Below are positions 21,330-31,603 of a stretch of 64,000 bases of DNA, piece after piece (positions within the stretch are counted from its first letter, which is position 1; every line of letters begins with the position of its first letter). The translations under genes were made by a program, and so were the position numbers. The notes under the pieces were generated by a model that searched no databases, was not told where the DNA came from, and saw only the letters and a list, made by a program, of their open reading frames with translations. The stretch covers positions 96,001-160,000 of IMG/VR virus record IMGVR_UViG_3300020414_000008. One strand, written 5' to 3'. This DNA comes from a virus. Lineage: Duplodnaviria > Caudoviricetes.

Positions 21330-21875
21330 ATGACAAAAAGAGAAAAGGTAAAACTCGTAAATAGGTTACGGAAAACAAAAAGGAACTTTAAAGAAAGTTC
21401 TGACTTCCAAGAATTCTTAATAGATTGTTATCTATTTCTTGGTCCATCTGCATACGGTAGTCGTATTGAGAAAAGGTGGATAAAAGAAATGGGTTACAAA
21501 AAAATGTCTACATATAATCGTGGAGATTATATGGATGGTGACGAGTATGTGGAGTTCAAAGCATCGTATGAATCATTCGATAGATATACATTCTTACACA
21601 TAAGACCACATGAAGATGTTGACAGGTATGACCTATTTACAGTAGATAAAAAATTTAAACACAACGTATATAGTATACCAAAAGAAAAAATAGGAGACTT
21701 CATTTACAACAAAAAATTATTGAGTGGTGTTTGTAATGGAACTTCTGAAGCAAACGAAAACAATCAAACGGTTGAATACAGGTTCACTATCAAGAAAAAC
21801 CAATTGGAATTGTTGGAACCCTATTTAACTACAGGAAAAAAAATGAAAAAAACATACGAAAAGTTTTGGAAATAA
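21330..21875 (+). CDS. PD-(D/E)xK nuclease-like protein
   Basis: E...RGDY...YVEFKAS. Confidence 0.55.
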   Translation: MTKREKVKLVNRLRKTKRNFKESSDFQEFLIDCYLFLGPSAYGSRIEKRWIKEMGYKKMSTYNRGDYMDGDEYVEFKASYESFDRYTFLHIRPHEDVDRYDLFTVDKKFKHNVYSIPKEKIGDFIYNKKLLSGVCNGTSEANENNQTVEYRFTIKKNQLELLEPYLTTGKKMKKTYEKFWK

Positions 21876-22067
21876 CAAATAAATTTCGTATATTATGTCT
21901 AAACAATTAAATATGAAAGACGTGCTAATACACTTATTGACTGCTGTTAAACTTGATTTTAAACGTAGGTGTGAACAAAACACCGATGAAGAATCACGAG
22001 ATACATACGGTAAGTGGCACGGAATCATTGAAGATATGATTAACACAATAGAATCAGGTGGAGTAAA

Positions 22068-22865
22068 ATGAATAGAGTAGATAGTCAATACCAAGATATC
22101 ATTCACAACATTTTAGAGTTCGGTGAAGAACGTCAGGACCGAACAGGTACAGGAACGTTATCGTTTTTTGGTGGTTCCTTCAGACATTGTATGTGTGATG
22201 GGTTCCCTGTACTTACCACTAAGAAGATGCCTTTGAAAACTGTTGCTACAGAACTCAAATGGTTTCTGAAAGGTCGTACCGATATCCAATACTTGTGGGA
22301 TAATAACTGTCATATATGGGATGGTGACTACAAGAAGAGTGGAAGGACCGATGGAGAACTTGGACCAATCTATGGAAAACAATGGAGAGATTGGAACGGT
22401 ATAGACCAACTGACAGAGTTATTATATACGTTAAAAGAAAACCCACATGGAAGGCGACATCTTGTCAACGCTTGGAATGTAGAGGACCTACATCTTATGA
22501 CACTACCACCTTGTCATTACGGATTCCAATGTTACGTTAGTAACGACAACAAGTTATCTCTCTTATGGAACCAAAGAAGCGTTGATGCTTTCCTTGGGTT
22601 ACCTTTTAACATTTCTTCTTATGGTATGTTATTGATGATACTATGTAAAGAAACAGGATATGAGCCAGGTAATCTGATTGGTAACTTCGGTGATGTACAC
22701 CTGTACAAGAACCACTTACCACAAGCAAAAGAAATCGTAAAACGAGTTGGATATGAATTACCTACTATGGATATCACAAGTTCAGATATCCTCAACGGTG
22801 AGTTTGAATTCAAACTAAATAATTATCAATCACACAAAACACTAAAAGCAAAATTAAGTAACTAA
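22068..22865 (+). CDS. thyA: thymidylate synthase
   Basis: DRTGTGT, ELKWFLKG, LPPCH, QRSVDAFLGLPFN, GDVHLYKNH. Confidence 0.97.
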   Translation: MNRVDSQYQDIIHNILEFGEERQDRTGTGTLSFFGGSFRHCMCDGFPVLTTKKMPLKTVATELKWFLKGRTDIQYLWDNNCHIWDGDYKKSGRTDGELGPIYGKQWRDWNGIDQLTELLYTLKENPHGRRHLVNAWNVEDLHLMTLPPCHYGFQCYVSNDNKLSLLWNQRSVDAFLGLPFNISSYGMLLMILCKETGYEPGNLIGNFGDVHLYKNHLPQAKEIVKRVGYELPTMDITSSDILNGEFEFKLNNYQSHKTLKAKLSN

Positions 22866-23417
22866 TATGGATTTAGATAAAATGTTACCACAAGAGAATC
22901 AAGAGATGGATGTAAACTATACTCTTGATTTTACAGATGGAGTTTCCCAATACCTAAAAGGGAACAAAAGATTAGAAGGTGAATCTTATAGTGACTATAG
23001 GATTCGACTCAAGAACGAGAAGAAGATTTTAAAATTGTACCTAAGGGGAAGACCTGTACAAGAAGAACCTAATTACGATTATTAATATGATACACAGAGC
23101 ACCGATGACAGAAGAAGATATGAAATACAGACAGGGTCGTAGTAAACGACAATACAACAATAGTTACTTCGGAATAAAAGCATCCGCAGTACTACTTGGA
23201 ATTACCCTGTTAGGTTATTTACTTTTTAAATACTTTGAATCATGAGTATATCAAACGAAGAACACATTGAAGAAATCTTATACGAAGCACACGCTTACGG
23301 ATTCAGAGAAGAGTTGTTTAAGTTAGTAAAGGATTACGAAATGGAATATCCAAAGATGAGTCAGTTGGATAGATATCAAAAAGGTTATGAAAAATTAATT
23401 ACAAAATATAATGAACT

Positions 23418-23615
23418 ATGAAAACAATTAAATTATTTTGGGACACATATTACCCAATCATTTTAGCATTCGTATCATTCCTTTATTCAGTATCACTATG
23501 GTTTAGTGGTCAGAAGTTAGAAGGAATTTTTGTTGGTATATGGGTACCATCTATCCTAGCGTTCTCAATCGCTATAAGACAAAGGAGAAACGATTTATTA
23601 AAAAATAAGAAATGA
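23418..23615 (+). CDS. small membrane protein
   Basis: Two TM segments; GIFVGIWVPSIL. Confidence 0.55.
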   Translation: MKTIKLFWDTYYPIILAFVSFLYSVSLWFSGQKLEGIFVGIWVPSILAFSIAIRQRRNDLLKNKK

Positions 23616-23824
23616 GTTCACCAGCACCATTAGGAATGTTCATCATAGGATTCATAATCTTCGCACTTTATATGTGGGGATTGTTGACTATGATATACAG
23701 GGGACATAAACAACAAAGAGAGGAGTTTAAGAATGACCCTGAGATACAAGAGTATTATAGAAAGTTAGAAGTTAAAGACCGAAGAAAGAAAAGAGTTAAA
23801 AAAAATGAAAGACAAAAAGTATAA
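23612..23824 (+). CDS. small membrane protein
   Basis: N-terminal TM helix, basic tail. Confidence 0.5.
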   Translation: MSSPAPLGMFIIGFIIFALYMWGLLTMIYRGHKQQREEFKNDPEIQEYYRKLEVKDRRKKRVKKNERQKV

Positions 23825-24275
23825 AGTTATGTTAGTCAGTGGTGGGTTTGACCCTGTCCACAAAGGTCACCTCGAGATGATTGAAAAAGCACAAGAGATG
23901 GCAGAAGAAGTTTGGGTAATCCTTAATAATGATTTTTGGTTAAAACAAAAGAAAGGTAAACCCTTTATGAAAGAAAGAGAAAGGGAATATATCATGTCCC
24001 GTGTTAAGGGTGTAACAAAAACATTTGTATGTAACCCAAGAAGTGCAACTGATAAAACAGTTTGTGATGGAATCTATTCTGCTGTTAACACATTCCGTAG
24101 AGAGTATGATGAACCACTATCTATGGCTTTCGGTAACGGTGGTGATAGAGGTAAAGGAAATATTCCTGAGGAAGACTATTGTAATTCTATGGGAGTAGAT
24201 ATGGTATGGGGATTAGGTGACAAAGTACAATCGTCAAGTTGGTTAATCGAAAAAGCGTTAAATAGTGCAGTATAA
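23805..24275 (+). CDS. cytidylyltransferase-family protein
   Basis: SGGFDPVHKGH, FGNGGDR, KVQSSS. Confidence 0.85.
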   Translation: MKDKKYKVMLVSGGFDPVHKGHLEMIEKAQEMAEEVWVILNNDFWLKQKKGKPFMKEREREYIMSRVKGVTKTFVCNPRSATDKTVCDGIYSAVNTFRREYDEPLSMAFGNGGDRGKGNIPEEDYCNSMGVDMVWGLGDKVQSSSWLIEKALNSAV

Positions 24276-24424
24276 GGAACAAGAACATATCGTAAAGAAT
24301 CTCAAACAGATTGCAGAACTGTGTGAGTCGGATTGTCCTATGATGGCAGCTGAGAGATTGAAATGGTTAATCGATGAGATAGAATTAAGACCACTAATAA
24401 AACCTTGGTGGAAATTTTGGTAAT

Positions 24425-24997
24425 ATGAAAACGTTTATAGAAATAGGTTCGTGTGATTTCAATACATTGAATCACTTACACTATGATGGATGGAGAGGAG
24501 TAATAGTAGAACCTGTTATTGAGTACTTAGATAATTTAGAGAAACATCCAAGTATTAACTATGTAAACGCCGCAGTAGATACACAAGATGGTGAACGTGA
24601 GTTGTGGATGTGTCCACAAGAATATCAAAAGGTGAGTAGAGATTATAGAGGGATGTCTTCTTTTCATAGAGACATTCATCACGGTAGTGTGGTAGGAGAG
24701 CAAGTATTGAATGACAAAGGTAAACCTGTTCATACGGAATCACGAAGTGTGAAGACAATAACATGGAATACGTTAGTAGAAACATTTAATATAAATGAAG
24801 TAGACTATTTAAAGATAGATACGGAAGGACACGATTGGGAGATACTAAAGAGTATTGACCTAAACAAGATTAAACCAAAAGTAATTAAGATAGAACATAA
24901 ACATAGTGGTAAGTGGAGAGAGATTAATACTTACTTGATGGAGCACGGATATCACACCGAGACGTTCTATTATGATATAATGGGATTTGTAAAATGA
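24425..24997 (+). CDS. FkbM-family methyltransferase
   Basis: IEIGS, VEP, LKIDTEGHD..IL. Confidence 0.85.
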   Translation: MKTFIEIGSCDFNTLNHLHYDGWRGVIVEPVIEYLDNLEKHPSINYVNAAVDTQDGERELWMCPQEYQKVSRDYRGMSSFHRDIHHGSVVGEQVLNDKGKPVHTESRSVKTITWNTLVETFNINEVDYLKIDTEGHDWEILKSIDLNKIKPKVIKIEHKHSGKWREINTYLMEHGYHTETFYYDIMGFVK

Positions 24998-25574
24998 AAG
25001 ACACAAATTTTGCGGACATGAATTATTTCTACGGAGTCATCCAATTCATCAGGGGGGAACAAGTAGAAGAACGACCCTTCAAAGTATCAGACGATAATCT
25101 ACGGTCATACTACTTAGACTATCCTAAGGTATACAGTAATGAGACTAAGTTCCATAGGTTAGAAGAAAAAGAATTAAGTGAAATAATTAAAGAGTGGTTC
25201 GTTAACTCTCAGGATTGTCCACCCGATATGTGGGACAGAGAAAGAATAGAGTTCATGACACACTCAGAGTATAAGAACAAACTATGACAGTATTTCAATA
25301 TATATCATTATACATTATGTTAGGTTGTGTAAACAATCTAATCATTATGTTAATACTTGACTATGTAGATAGGAAGGGTGGGTTGACGGAAAGGTTTCAC
25401 CCCACAACCGAACAAGTTGTTTGGGGATTGATTCTCTGGCCCGTAACGGGTTGGATATTTTGGTCCGAGTTTTTCAAGACATGGTGGAAGAATAACCAAT
25501 GATAAGCAGTAAGCAAATAAGCAGTAAGAAACGCAAGTTTCTAAACACACACGAAATTTTTTTAAATTACACAT

Positions 25575-25898
25575 ATGAAATATAAAAAACTGAATAAGAA
25601 ACGCGCCCTCGAAAAGATAGGTGGAACGTCCCTGAAGGATAGATTAAATGGATGGTCTTACAAACAATTAGTTCAAGCGTTTGGTGACCCAACATTTCCC
25701 GAAACTAATGGTGATGGGAAGATTAATAAAGAATGGGTGTTCGAAAGAAACGATGGTGAGATATTCACCGTGTACGATTGGAAGAAGGGTGATAGTGATT
25801 TCACCACGAACTTTAATACTACTTGGAACATTGGTAGTAAAGTATACGCGGGTGAATTTGTCACTGAGATGATAACCCAATTAAAGAAAAAGAATTAA
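25575..25898 (+). CDS. hypothetical phage protein
   Basis: FGDP...DGK...EW...TVYDWK...WNIG. Confidence 0.55.
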   Translation: MKYKKLNKKRALEKIGGTSLKDRLNGWSYKQLVQAFGDPTFPETNGDGKINKEWVFERNDGEIFTVYDWKKGDSDFTTNFNTTWNIGSKVYAGEFVTEMITQLKKKN

Positions 25899-26057
25899 TG
25901 AATAGATTAACAAAACACATTGAAGAATGGATTGAAGGTAAATCATACGAAGACTTAGTTAATGAGTTAGTAGATTTAAAAGTTCACGGAGAGAATACTC
26001 AAGAGAACAAACTTTGGATTCAAAAGATTCAACAACGACTATCTGATATATCAAGTA

Positions 26058-27533
26058 GTGACTAAAAAGATAAACAAAATATTTGTACTATCCGTAAAAG
26101 GAAACTACAATGATATTGGAAATCGATTAGACGAATTAGACCTATCTTACGAGGTACCCTATGAAGTTGTCGATGGTATCATTGGTAGAGAAACCGATAT
26201 GGAATACTCCGAGTACCCATGGACATTAACTGAAATGAATCCATGGAACGAGTGGTGGGAACGTCCAATGTTAGATGGTGAAGTTGGATGTGCATTAGGT
26301 CACTACAATATGTGGAAACAGGCGTATGAAGAGGGACATGAAGTATGTATGTTCTTAGAAGAAGACTTCAAAGGTGTCAAGTCACTATTCGACCTCGGTA
26401 TGATTCCCAACGATATTGATGGTTTATATTTAGGTAGAAGACGAGTACCAAATCACGAATGGTTATATGATGGACCTGAACAAAACTATAACGACAATTG
26501 GGTACATCCACAATACAGTTACAACGCTCACGCATACATACTAACAAGAGAAGGATTAAGAAAACTATTGTATGATTATGATTTCATAAACAATCTAATG
26601 CCACTCGATGAGTTTTTGATATCAACAATAAATCTACATCCACGAAAAGATATCAGGGAGTTTATCAAACCAACACTAAAGTTTATTGCTCCACCAACCA
26701 ATGAAGACAATTGGATAAACCAAACATCCGTTGATATCGAATCGGGTAATGAATATGGTACCTCACTAACTGAGGATATAACACGATTAGAACGAAGTAT
26801 TAAATTTGATATGGTTTATGTCATTACATTAGATACAAGTAACGAGAACGTAGAAAGATTAATCAACAGAGTAAAAGAATTAGGTTTACCAAATGATGTT
26901 CCAATAAGAATATGGAGAGGGACAAATGGTAAGGAAGAGTTTGATACGATTGAAAAGAGAGAACAAATGGGTATCAAGTTCTATGATGATTGGAAGATAG
27001 AAAGTGGTAACAATTGGTGGACAAGACCTGTAACTGTTGGTGAAGCAGGTGGTGTACATTCTCATATTAGAATATGGGAAGACGTAGTTGAAAGAGAATA
27101 TAATAACGTATTAATATTAGAAGATGATTTTAATCCAACACAAAGGTTTCATTGGAATACCTTTGATGAATTAAAAGATTACGATTGGGATTTAGTATTC
27201 CTATCAAGACTTTTGATTGAAGGAAAGGATACTAATGTAGGATTAGAGAATTGGGTCAAACCAAGTTATTCATATCAAACCCATTGTTATGTTTTAAACT
27301 ATGAAGGAGCAAAGAAATTAGTAGAAACAAATGTACCAACACTAAAACAAAATATAATAGTATCAGATGAGTTCTTACCTGCCACATACACAACTCATCC
27401 AAGAGAAGACATTAGGAAAATGTTTATTCAAAACATGAATGTCTTAGCTCTTAAATCAAACCCTGTTATCCAAGACAGGTATGAAGCGGCAAACAATTCA
27501 CAGACATCCCCAATCGAGGGAATAGATTTCTAA
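26058..27533 (+). CDS. glycosyltransferase family 25, two tandem domains
   Basis: GEVGCALGH..W..LEED and GEAGGVHSH..W..LEDD, each with a DEFL motif. Confidence 0.85.
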   Translation: MTKKINKIFVLSVKGNYNDIGNRLDELDLSYEVPYEVVDGIIGRETDMEYSEYPWTLTEMNPWNEWWERPMLDGEVGCALGHYNMWKQAYEEGHEVCMFLEEDFKGVKSLFDLGMIPNDIDGLYLGRRRVPNHEWLYDGPEQNYNDNWVHPQYSYNAHAYILTREGLRKLLYDYDFINNLMPLDEFLISTINLHPRKDIREFIKPTLKFIAPPTNEDNWINQTSVDIESGNEYGTSLTEDITRLERSIKFDMVYVITLDTSNENVERLINRVKELGLPNDVPIRIWRGTNGKEEFDTIEKREQMGIKFYDDWKIESGNNWWTRPVTVGEAGGVHSHIRIWEDVVEREYNNVLILEDDFNPTQRFHWNTFDELKDYDWDLVFLSRLLIEGKDTNVGLENWVKPSYSYQTHCYVLNYEGAKKLVETNVPTLKQNIIVSDEFLPATYTTHPREDIRKMFIQNMNVLALKSNPVIQDRYEAANNSQTSPIEGIDF

Positions 27534-27538
27534 GGAAT

Positions 27539-27612
27539 GGACCCGTAGCTCAGTTGGATAGAGCATCTGCCTTCTAAGCAGACGGTCACAGGTTCGAATC
27601 CTGTCGGGTTCA
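27539..27612 (+). tRNA. tRNA-Arg(TCT)
   Basis: Acceptor GGACCCG/CGGGTTC, anticodon loop CTTCTAA, GTTCGAATC; no CCA encoded. Confidence 0.95.
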
Positions 27613-27671
27613 CAATTTATTAAATATATTTTAATATTTATATAATAGTTAACTAAATAAAAACAATTGTT

Positions 27672-27941
27672 ATGAGTAAAGTTTCAAGAAGATTATACCA
27701 AGCCGTAGAGGCAAAGTATACAGCAGATATCATGGACGCAAAAGCAAGACTATCAGTCTACTTTGAGAATCCTGTAGCTATTGGGGAACACCCACAACAC
27801 ACAGAAGAAATCGACAAACTTATCGGACAACTTGAAAGTGCAACAGGAAAGTTAGAAACACTTTCTGAGTACTTTGGAAAAGAATACGGTCACGATATCC
27901 CTGTATCTGAATCAGACGAAAAAGAAATCTTAAAAGGATAA
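27672..27941 (+). CDS. hypothetical phage protein
   Basis: YFENPVAIGEHPQ motif. Confidence 0.6.
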   Translation: MSKVSRRLYQAVEAKYTADIMDAKARLSVYFENPVAIGEHPQHTEEIDKLIGQLESATGKLETLSEYFGKEYGHDIPVSESDEKEILKG

Positions 27942-27948
27942 ATTCGTA

Positions 27949-28022
27949 GGGGATATAGCTCAGATGGCTAGAGCACTACGCTTGCACCGTAGGGGTCGTG
28001 AGTTCGAGTCTCACTATCTCCA
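27949..28022 (+). tRNA. tRNA-Ala(TGC)
   Basis: Acceptor GGGGATA/TATCTCC with G3:U70, loop CTTGCAC. Confidence 0.95.
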
Positions 28023-28100
28023 CTATGTTTGTTTGTTTTTGTACATACTTATTATTGATATAAGTGTCTATATAAAAACGTTTTAAAAGGAGAAAGTATT

Positions 28101-28730
28101 ATGTCAATCGCAAATCAATTTAAAGGACTACCAATCGAAGAACTAATCGTTGGTCCACTAACAGGTGTGGCAAAAGGTCAGGCGCAACTAAATGATATTA
28201 CTTGGAAGTACATCTCTGAGGTTGCATTTGAGCCACCTTCAGGAAGTAGTACCCATCGTAAATCAAGAAAAATCGATGTTGAACTAAACAGGTATATAAA
28301 GGACTCGGAAACAGGTGAATTAAAGTTACAACAAATTCAATCTATGATTCCTATGTTACCGTTAGTACCACTACCAACATTAGCAGTTACATCTGCAGAT
28401 GTTGATTTTACTATGGAAGTTCATGAATCAACCTTGTCTAAGAATACAAGTGATTCATCATTCGAAACATCAGTTCAGGCTTCAGGTGGATTTTGGGGAG
28501 TTAAGTTTAAAGCCTCTATGACAGGTAAAGTAGCAACTCATAAAGAGAATACAAGAAAAACTGACAACTCAGCTAAGTACAATGTTAAAGTACACGCAGA
28601 ACAACTACCACAAACTGAAGGTATGGGTAAACTAAACGATATGTTACACATGATGATGGAACCAACTGTAGTAGGTATGGAAGACCCAACAACAGGAGTA
28701 GCGACACCATCAACAGGTTCAGCAGGATAG
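28101..28730 (+). CDS. DUF2589-like protein
   Basis: FKGLPIEELIVGPL..AKGQ..L; PML.LVP.P.L; DNSAKYNVKVHA.Q.P..EG..KL. Confidence 0.65.
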   Translation: MSIANQFKGLPIEELIVGPLTGVAKGQAQLNDITWKYISEVAFEPPSGSSTHRKSRKIDVELNRYIKDSETGELKLQQIQSMIPMLPLVPLPTLAVTSADVDFTMEVHESTLSKNTSDSSFETSVQASGGFWGVKFKASMTGKVATHKENTRKTDNSAKYNVKVHAEQLPQTEGMGKLNDMLHMMMEPTVVGMEDPTTGVATPSTGSAG

Positions 28731-28741
28731 TCCATAACTAA

Positions 28742-28773
28742 TTTGGAAAATTGAAATATTTTTTGTATATTAG
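28742..28773 (+). promoter_or_regulatory. Bacteroidota-type promoter
   Basis: TTTGG 28742, TATATTAG 28766. Confidence 0.6.
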
Positions 28774-28805
28774 TAAGAAGTAAAAAAATAAGTTATAGTT
28801 AAAGC

Positions 28806-29315
28806 ATGGCTAAGGTTAATTTAGAAGAACTACTTGGTGGTCTACAAGAGGCCTCACAAGTAGTTCTTTCTATACAAGAAAGACAACACATCAATACCAT
28901 CTCAAAGTATTTTGATAAAGATGGTACACCAATCACTCAAAAGTTTAGAATCGGTGACAGGGATATAGAGATACCACTCTACATTCTTGCGGACCATTCA
29001 TCTGTTGGGTTAGATAAGTTGGATATTGAGTTCCAAGCAAGACTATTGCCAGGAAATACAACTAAACCATCAGCACTCAAAAAGAATTTATTACCTATCT
29101 TTCAAAGACAAAAACAAAAAGGTAATGACAAGTACAAACATCAGATTAGTAATATCTCAGTTGATGGTAACAGTCCTGACAAGGAAGGTGTTGCTAAAAT
29201 CAGTATACATTTTAAGAAAGATAATAAACCCGAGGCGGTTTCTCGATTAGTAGATATGTTAATAGCGAAAATGGATGACCCGACTCATAAAGTTATAGAG
29301 AATGGCGATTCCTGA
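28806..29315 (+). CDS. DUF2589-like protein (second paralogue)
   Basis: LEELLGGLQEA, IPLYIL..S..LD.L.IEF, PEAVSRLVD parallel the upstream gene. Confidence 0.6.
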   Translation: MAKVNLEELLGGLQEASQVVLSIQERQHINTISKYFDKDGTPITQKFRIGDRDIEIPLYILADHSSVGLDKLDIEFQARLLPGNTTKPSALKKNLLPIFQRQKQKGNDKYKHQISNISVDGNSPDKEGVAKISIHFKKDNKPEAVSRLVDMLIAKMDDPTHKVIENGDS

Positions 29316-29583
29316 GTTAGAATTACCAAATAGTAAGAAAGGGAAACCTATGGAAAAAGAGCAAGATACTACTAACACAAAGGTAAGTAGTAACGGTAAA
29401 CAAAGATTACGAATTAGTATGTTTGTAATCTCATGTTTTGCTTTTACATTGGTTTGGATATTCTTATCAATGCACTTTGACAAAGGTCTTAACGCAGAAT
29501 GGAAAGAACTTCTATTATTGTTGTTAGGTGCATTAATCGGAAACTTCAACCAAGTAATTAATTATTGGTTCAAAGATAAGTAG
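29302..29583 (+). CDS. two-TM membrane protein, holin-like
   Basis: Two TM helices ending LLGALIGNFNQVINYWF. Confidence 0.5.
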   Translation: MAIPELELPNSKKGKPMEKEQDTTNTKVSSNGKQRLRISMFVISCFAFTLVWIFLSMHFDKGLNAEWKELLLLLLGALIGNFNQVINYWFKDK

Positions 29584-29584
29584 T

Positions 29585-29788
29585 ATGCCTTTACCATGTC
29601 CGAGTTGTACTACACCGTTAGATTTAACTTTAGAATTTATTCTAAAGAATCCTGTATCGGTTTGTCCACATTGTCAAACTGTAATGAACTTCAATGTAGA
29701 TAAAAGTATACAGAAAGAGTATAATCAGGCGTTACAAAACATAGAGGACGTGAAAAAGAAATACAGTAAGATAGCTAAGTTTAAATAA
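29585..29788 (+). CDS. zinc-ribbon protein
   Basis: CPSC...CPHC. Confidence 0.65.
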   Translation: MPLPCPSCTTPLDLTLEFILKNPVSVCPHCQTVMNFNVDKSIQKEYNQALQNIEDVKKKYSKIAKFK

Positions 29789-29789
29789 T

Positions 29790-29861
29790 GCTCGGTTCGT
29801 CTAACGGTTAGGACTTCAGGTTTTCATCCTGGCAATAGGGGTTCGATTCCCCTACCGAGTA
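29790..29861 (+). tRNA. tRNA-Glu(TTC)
   Basis: Acceptor GCTCGGT/ACCGAGT, loop TTTTCAT, GGTTCGATTCC. Confidence 0.93.
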
Positions 29862-29873
29862 CAAATAAATGTT

Positions 29874-30500
29874 ATGTTAAGATACGATATAATAAACAAA
29901 GTAATAGAAGTAAATGGGTTTACAAAGTACCTTGAGATTGGTGTATGTAATCCTGTAGATTGTTTTGATAAAGTTAATTGTGAACTCAAACATGGTGTCG
30001 ACCCTGGCTATGAGTTTGAAGAAAACCCTGTTACATACCAAATGGAGTCCGATACGTTCTTTGAGTATTTAAGTGAACATGACCCTAATAGAAAGTATGA
30101 TGTAATCTTTATCGATGGTCTACATAAATCATATCAAGTTAAAAAGGATATAGAAAATTCTTTAAGAGTTTTAAGTCCAAACGGATATATTTTATTACAC
30201 GATTGTAATCCACCAACCTCACATATGGCAAGAGAAAACTACAGAACTGAATACGGGTATGAACCGTGGAATGGAACTGTATGGAAGGCGATATACAATC
30301 TAAGAACAACAAGAAAAGACTTACACGTTTGTGTTGTTGATACCGATTGGGGTATCGGTGTTGTAAAACGTAACGACCTCTTTGATACTAAACTTGTGTG
30401 GAATCATAATGAGTTTTATGAGTTTAATATCATGGACGCAAACAGAGAAGAAGATTTAGGTTTAATTACTATAGAACAATTTTTACAAGATGTGGGATGA
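29874..30500 (+). CDS. class I SAM methyltransferase (Methyltransf_24-like)
   Basis: YLEIGV, GVDP, DVIFIDGLH, LLHD. Confidence 0.85.
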   Translation: MLRYDIINKVIEVNGFTKYLEIGVCNPVDCFDKVNCELKHGVDPGYEFEENPVTYQMESDTFFEYLSEHDPNRKYDVIFIDGLHKSYQVKKDIENSLRVLSPNGYILLHDCNPPTSHMARENYRTEYGYEPWNGTVWKAIYNLRTTRKDLHVCVVDTDWGIGVVKRNDLFDTKLVWNHNEFYEFNIMDANREEDLGLITIEQFLQDVG

Positions 30501-30770
30501 ACCATATTCACCATGGAATATAAAAAGGGATTCTGAAAAAATCCTTATATTGTGGAGTCTCATTGAGAACTCTAAGACAATGACACAGAGACAAAGAGGG
30601 GATGTGTGGGCAGTGTTACAGGGTATAATAGCATACACTGACAAAGGTATGAACTTAGAACCCCATCATCGTAAGTATTTAAGAGAACAATGGGACAGAG
30701 CATGGAACTCCCAAAAAGATAATAAAGTAAAACAAGATATAGCAGAGTGGCTAAATGAACTACCTTTTTA

Positions 30771-31169
30771 ATGATGAAACTAATAACAACACACCCAATT
30801 AAGAAATCAGATTTAGGACTACACAACAATTTGTTTGGTGGTAAACTTTTAGCATGGATTGATGCTGCAGGAGCGGCGTTTACTACTGAGTATGTGGATA
30901 GTCCGAGACTCGTAACTGTTATGATTGATAAATGTATATTTAAGAAACCTGCTAAAGAAGGACAGTTACTAAAGATATATGGAAAGATAAAAGAAGTTGG
31001 TAAAACATCTATAACTGCATATCTTGAAGCAAGAGCACATAATGTGTATGACGGTAATCAAAAATTAATATTATCCACGTCAATAAAATTTGTTAGGATT
31101 GATGAAGGTGGTGACCCTATTCCAATCCATCAAAGAATCAAGGATAAATTTGAGAAAGAAGAAAAATGA
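30771..31169 (+). CDS. acyl-CoA thioesterase (hotdog fold)
   Basis: NLFGGKLLAWID...VTV.ID...FKKP...VGKTS. Confidence 0.85.
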   Translation: MMKLITTHPIKKSDLGLHNNLFGGKLLAWIDAAGAAFTTEYVDSPRLVTVMIDKCIFKKPAKEGQLLKIYGKIKEVGKTSITAYLEARAHNVYDGNQKLILSTSIKFVRIDEGGDPIPIHQRIKDKFEKEEK

Positions 31170-31603
31170 TTTATTGGTTTTACGGACAACCTGGCGCAGG
31201 TAAGACAACACTCGGTAACGCATTAGAAGAACGTCTAAACTTCCATCACTCACACCAAAAAACAATCAGAATAGATGGTGATGAAATGAGAGAAATATTT
31301 CAGAACAAAGATTATTCTGAACAAGGTAGACGTAACAACTTAAGAAAGGTTAACGACCTTATTCGTTTCTTACATCACAAAGGATTCACAGTTATTGTAT
31401 CAGTTGTTGGTCCATATCAAGATGTAAGAGACGAGATACACGACCTCGACCCTATGATGATTTATACATACACAACTGAAATCAGGGGACGAGAACATTA
31501 TCATACTGACGACTTAGAGATTGGTAAGTATGATGTTTGGATGAACACAGACAACAGATTAATAGAGGATTGTATAAATGAAATACTCACTTTTCGTAGG
31601 TAG
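31166..31603 (+). CDS. cysC: adenylyl-sulfate kinase-like protein
   Basis: WFYGQPGAGKTT, IDGDEMR, YS..GR..N, VS...PY...R. Confidence 0.75.
   Translation: MIYWFYGQPGAGKTTLGNALEERLNFHHSHQKTIRIDGDEMREIFQNKDYSEQGRRNNLRKVNDLIRFLHHKGFTVIVSVVGPYQDVRDEIHDLDPMMIYTYTTEIRGREHYHTDDLEIGKYDVWMNTDNRLIEDCINEILTFRR

Noticed and set aside
22068-22865. Intron or intein in thyA, groEL or primase
   Set aside because: Lengths and motifs are continuous with no insertion
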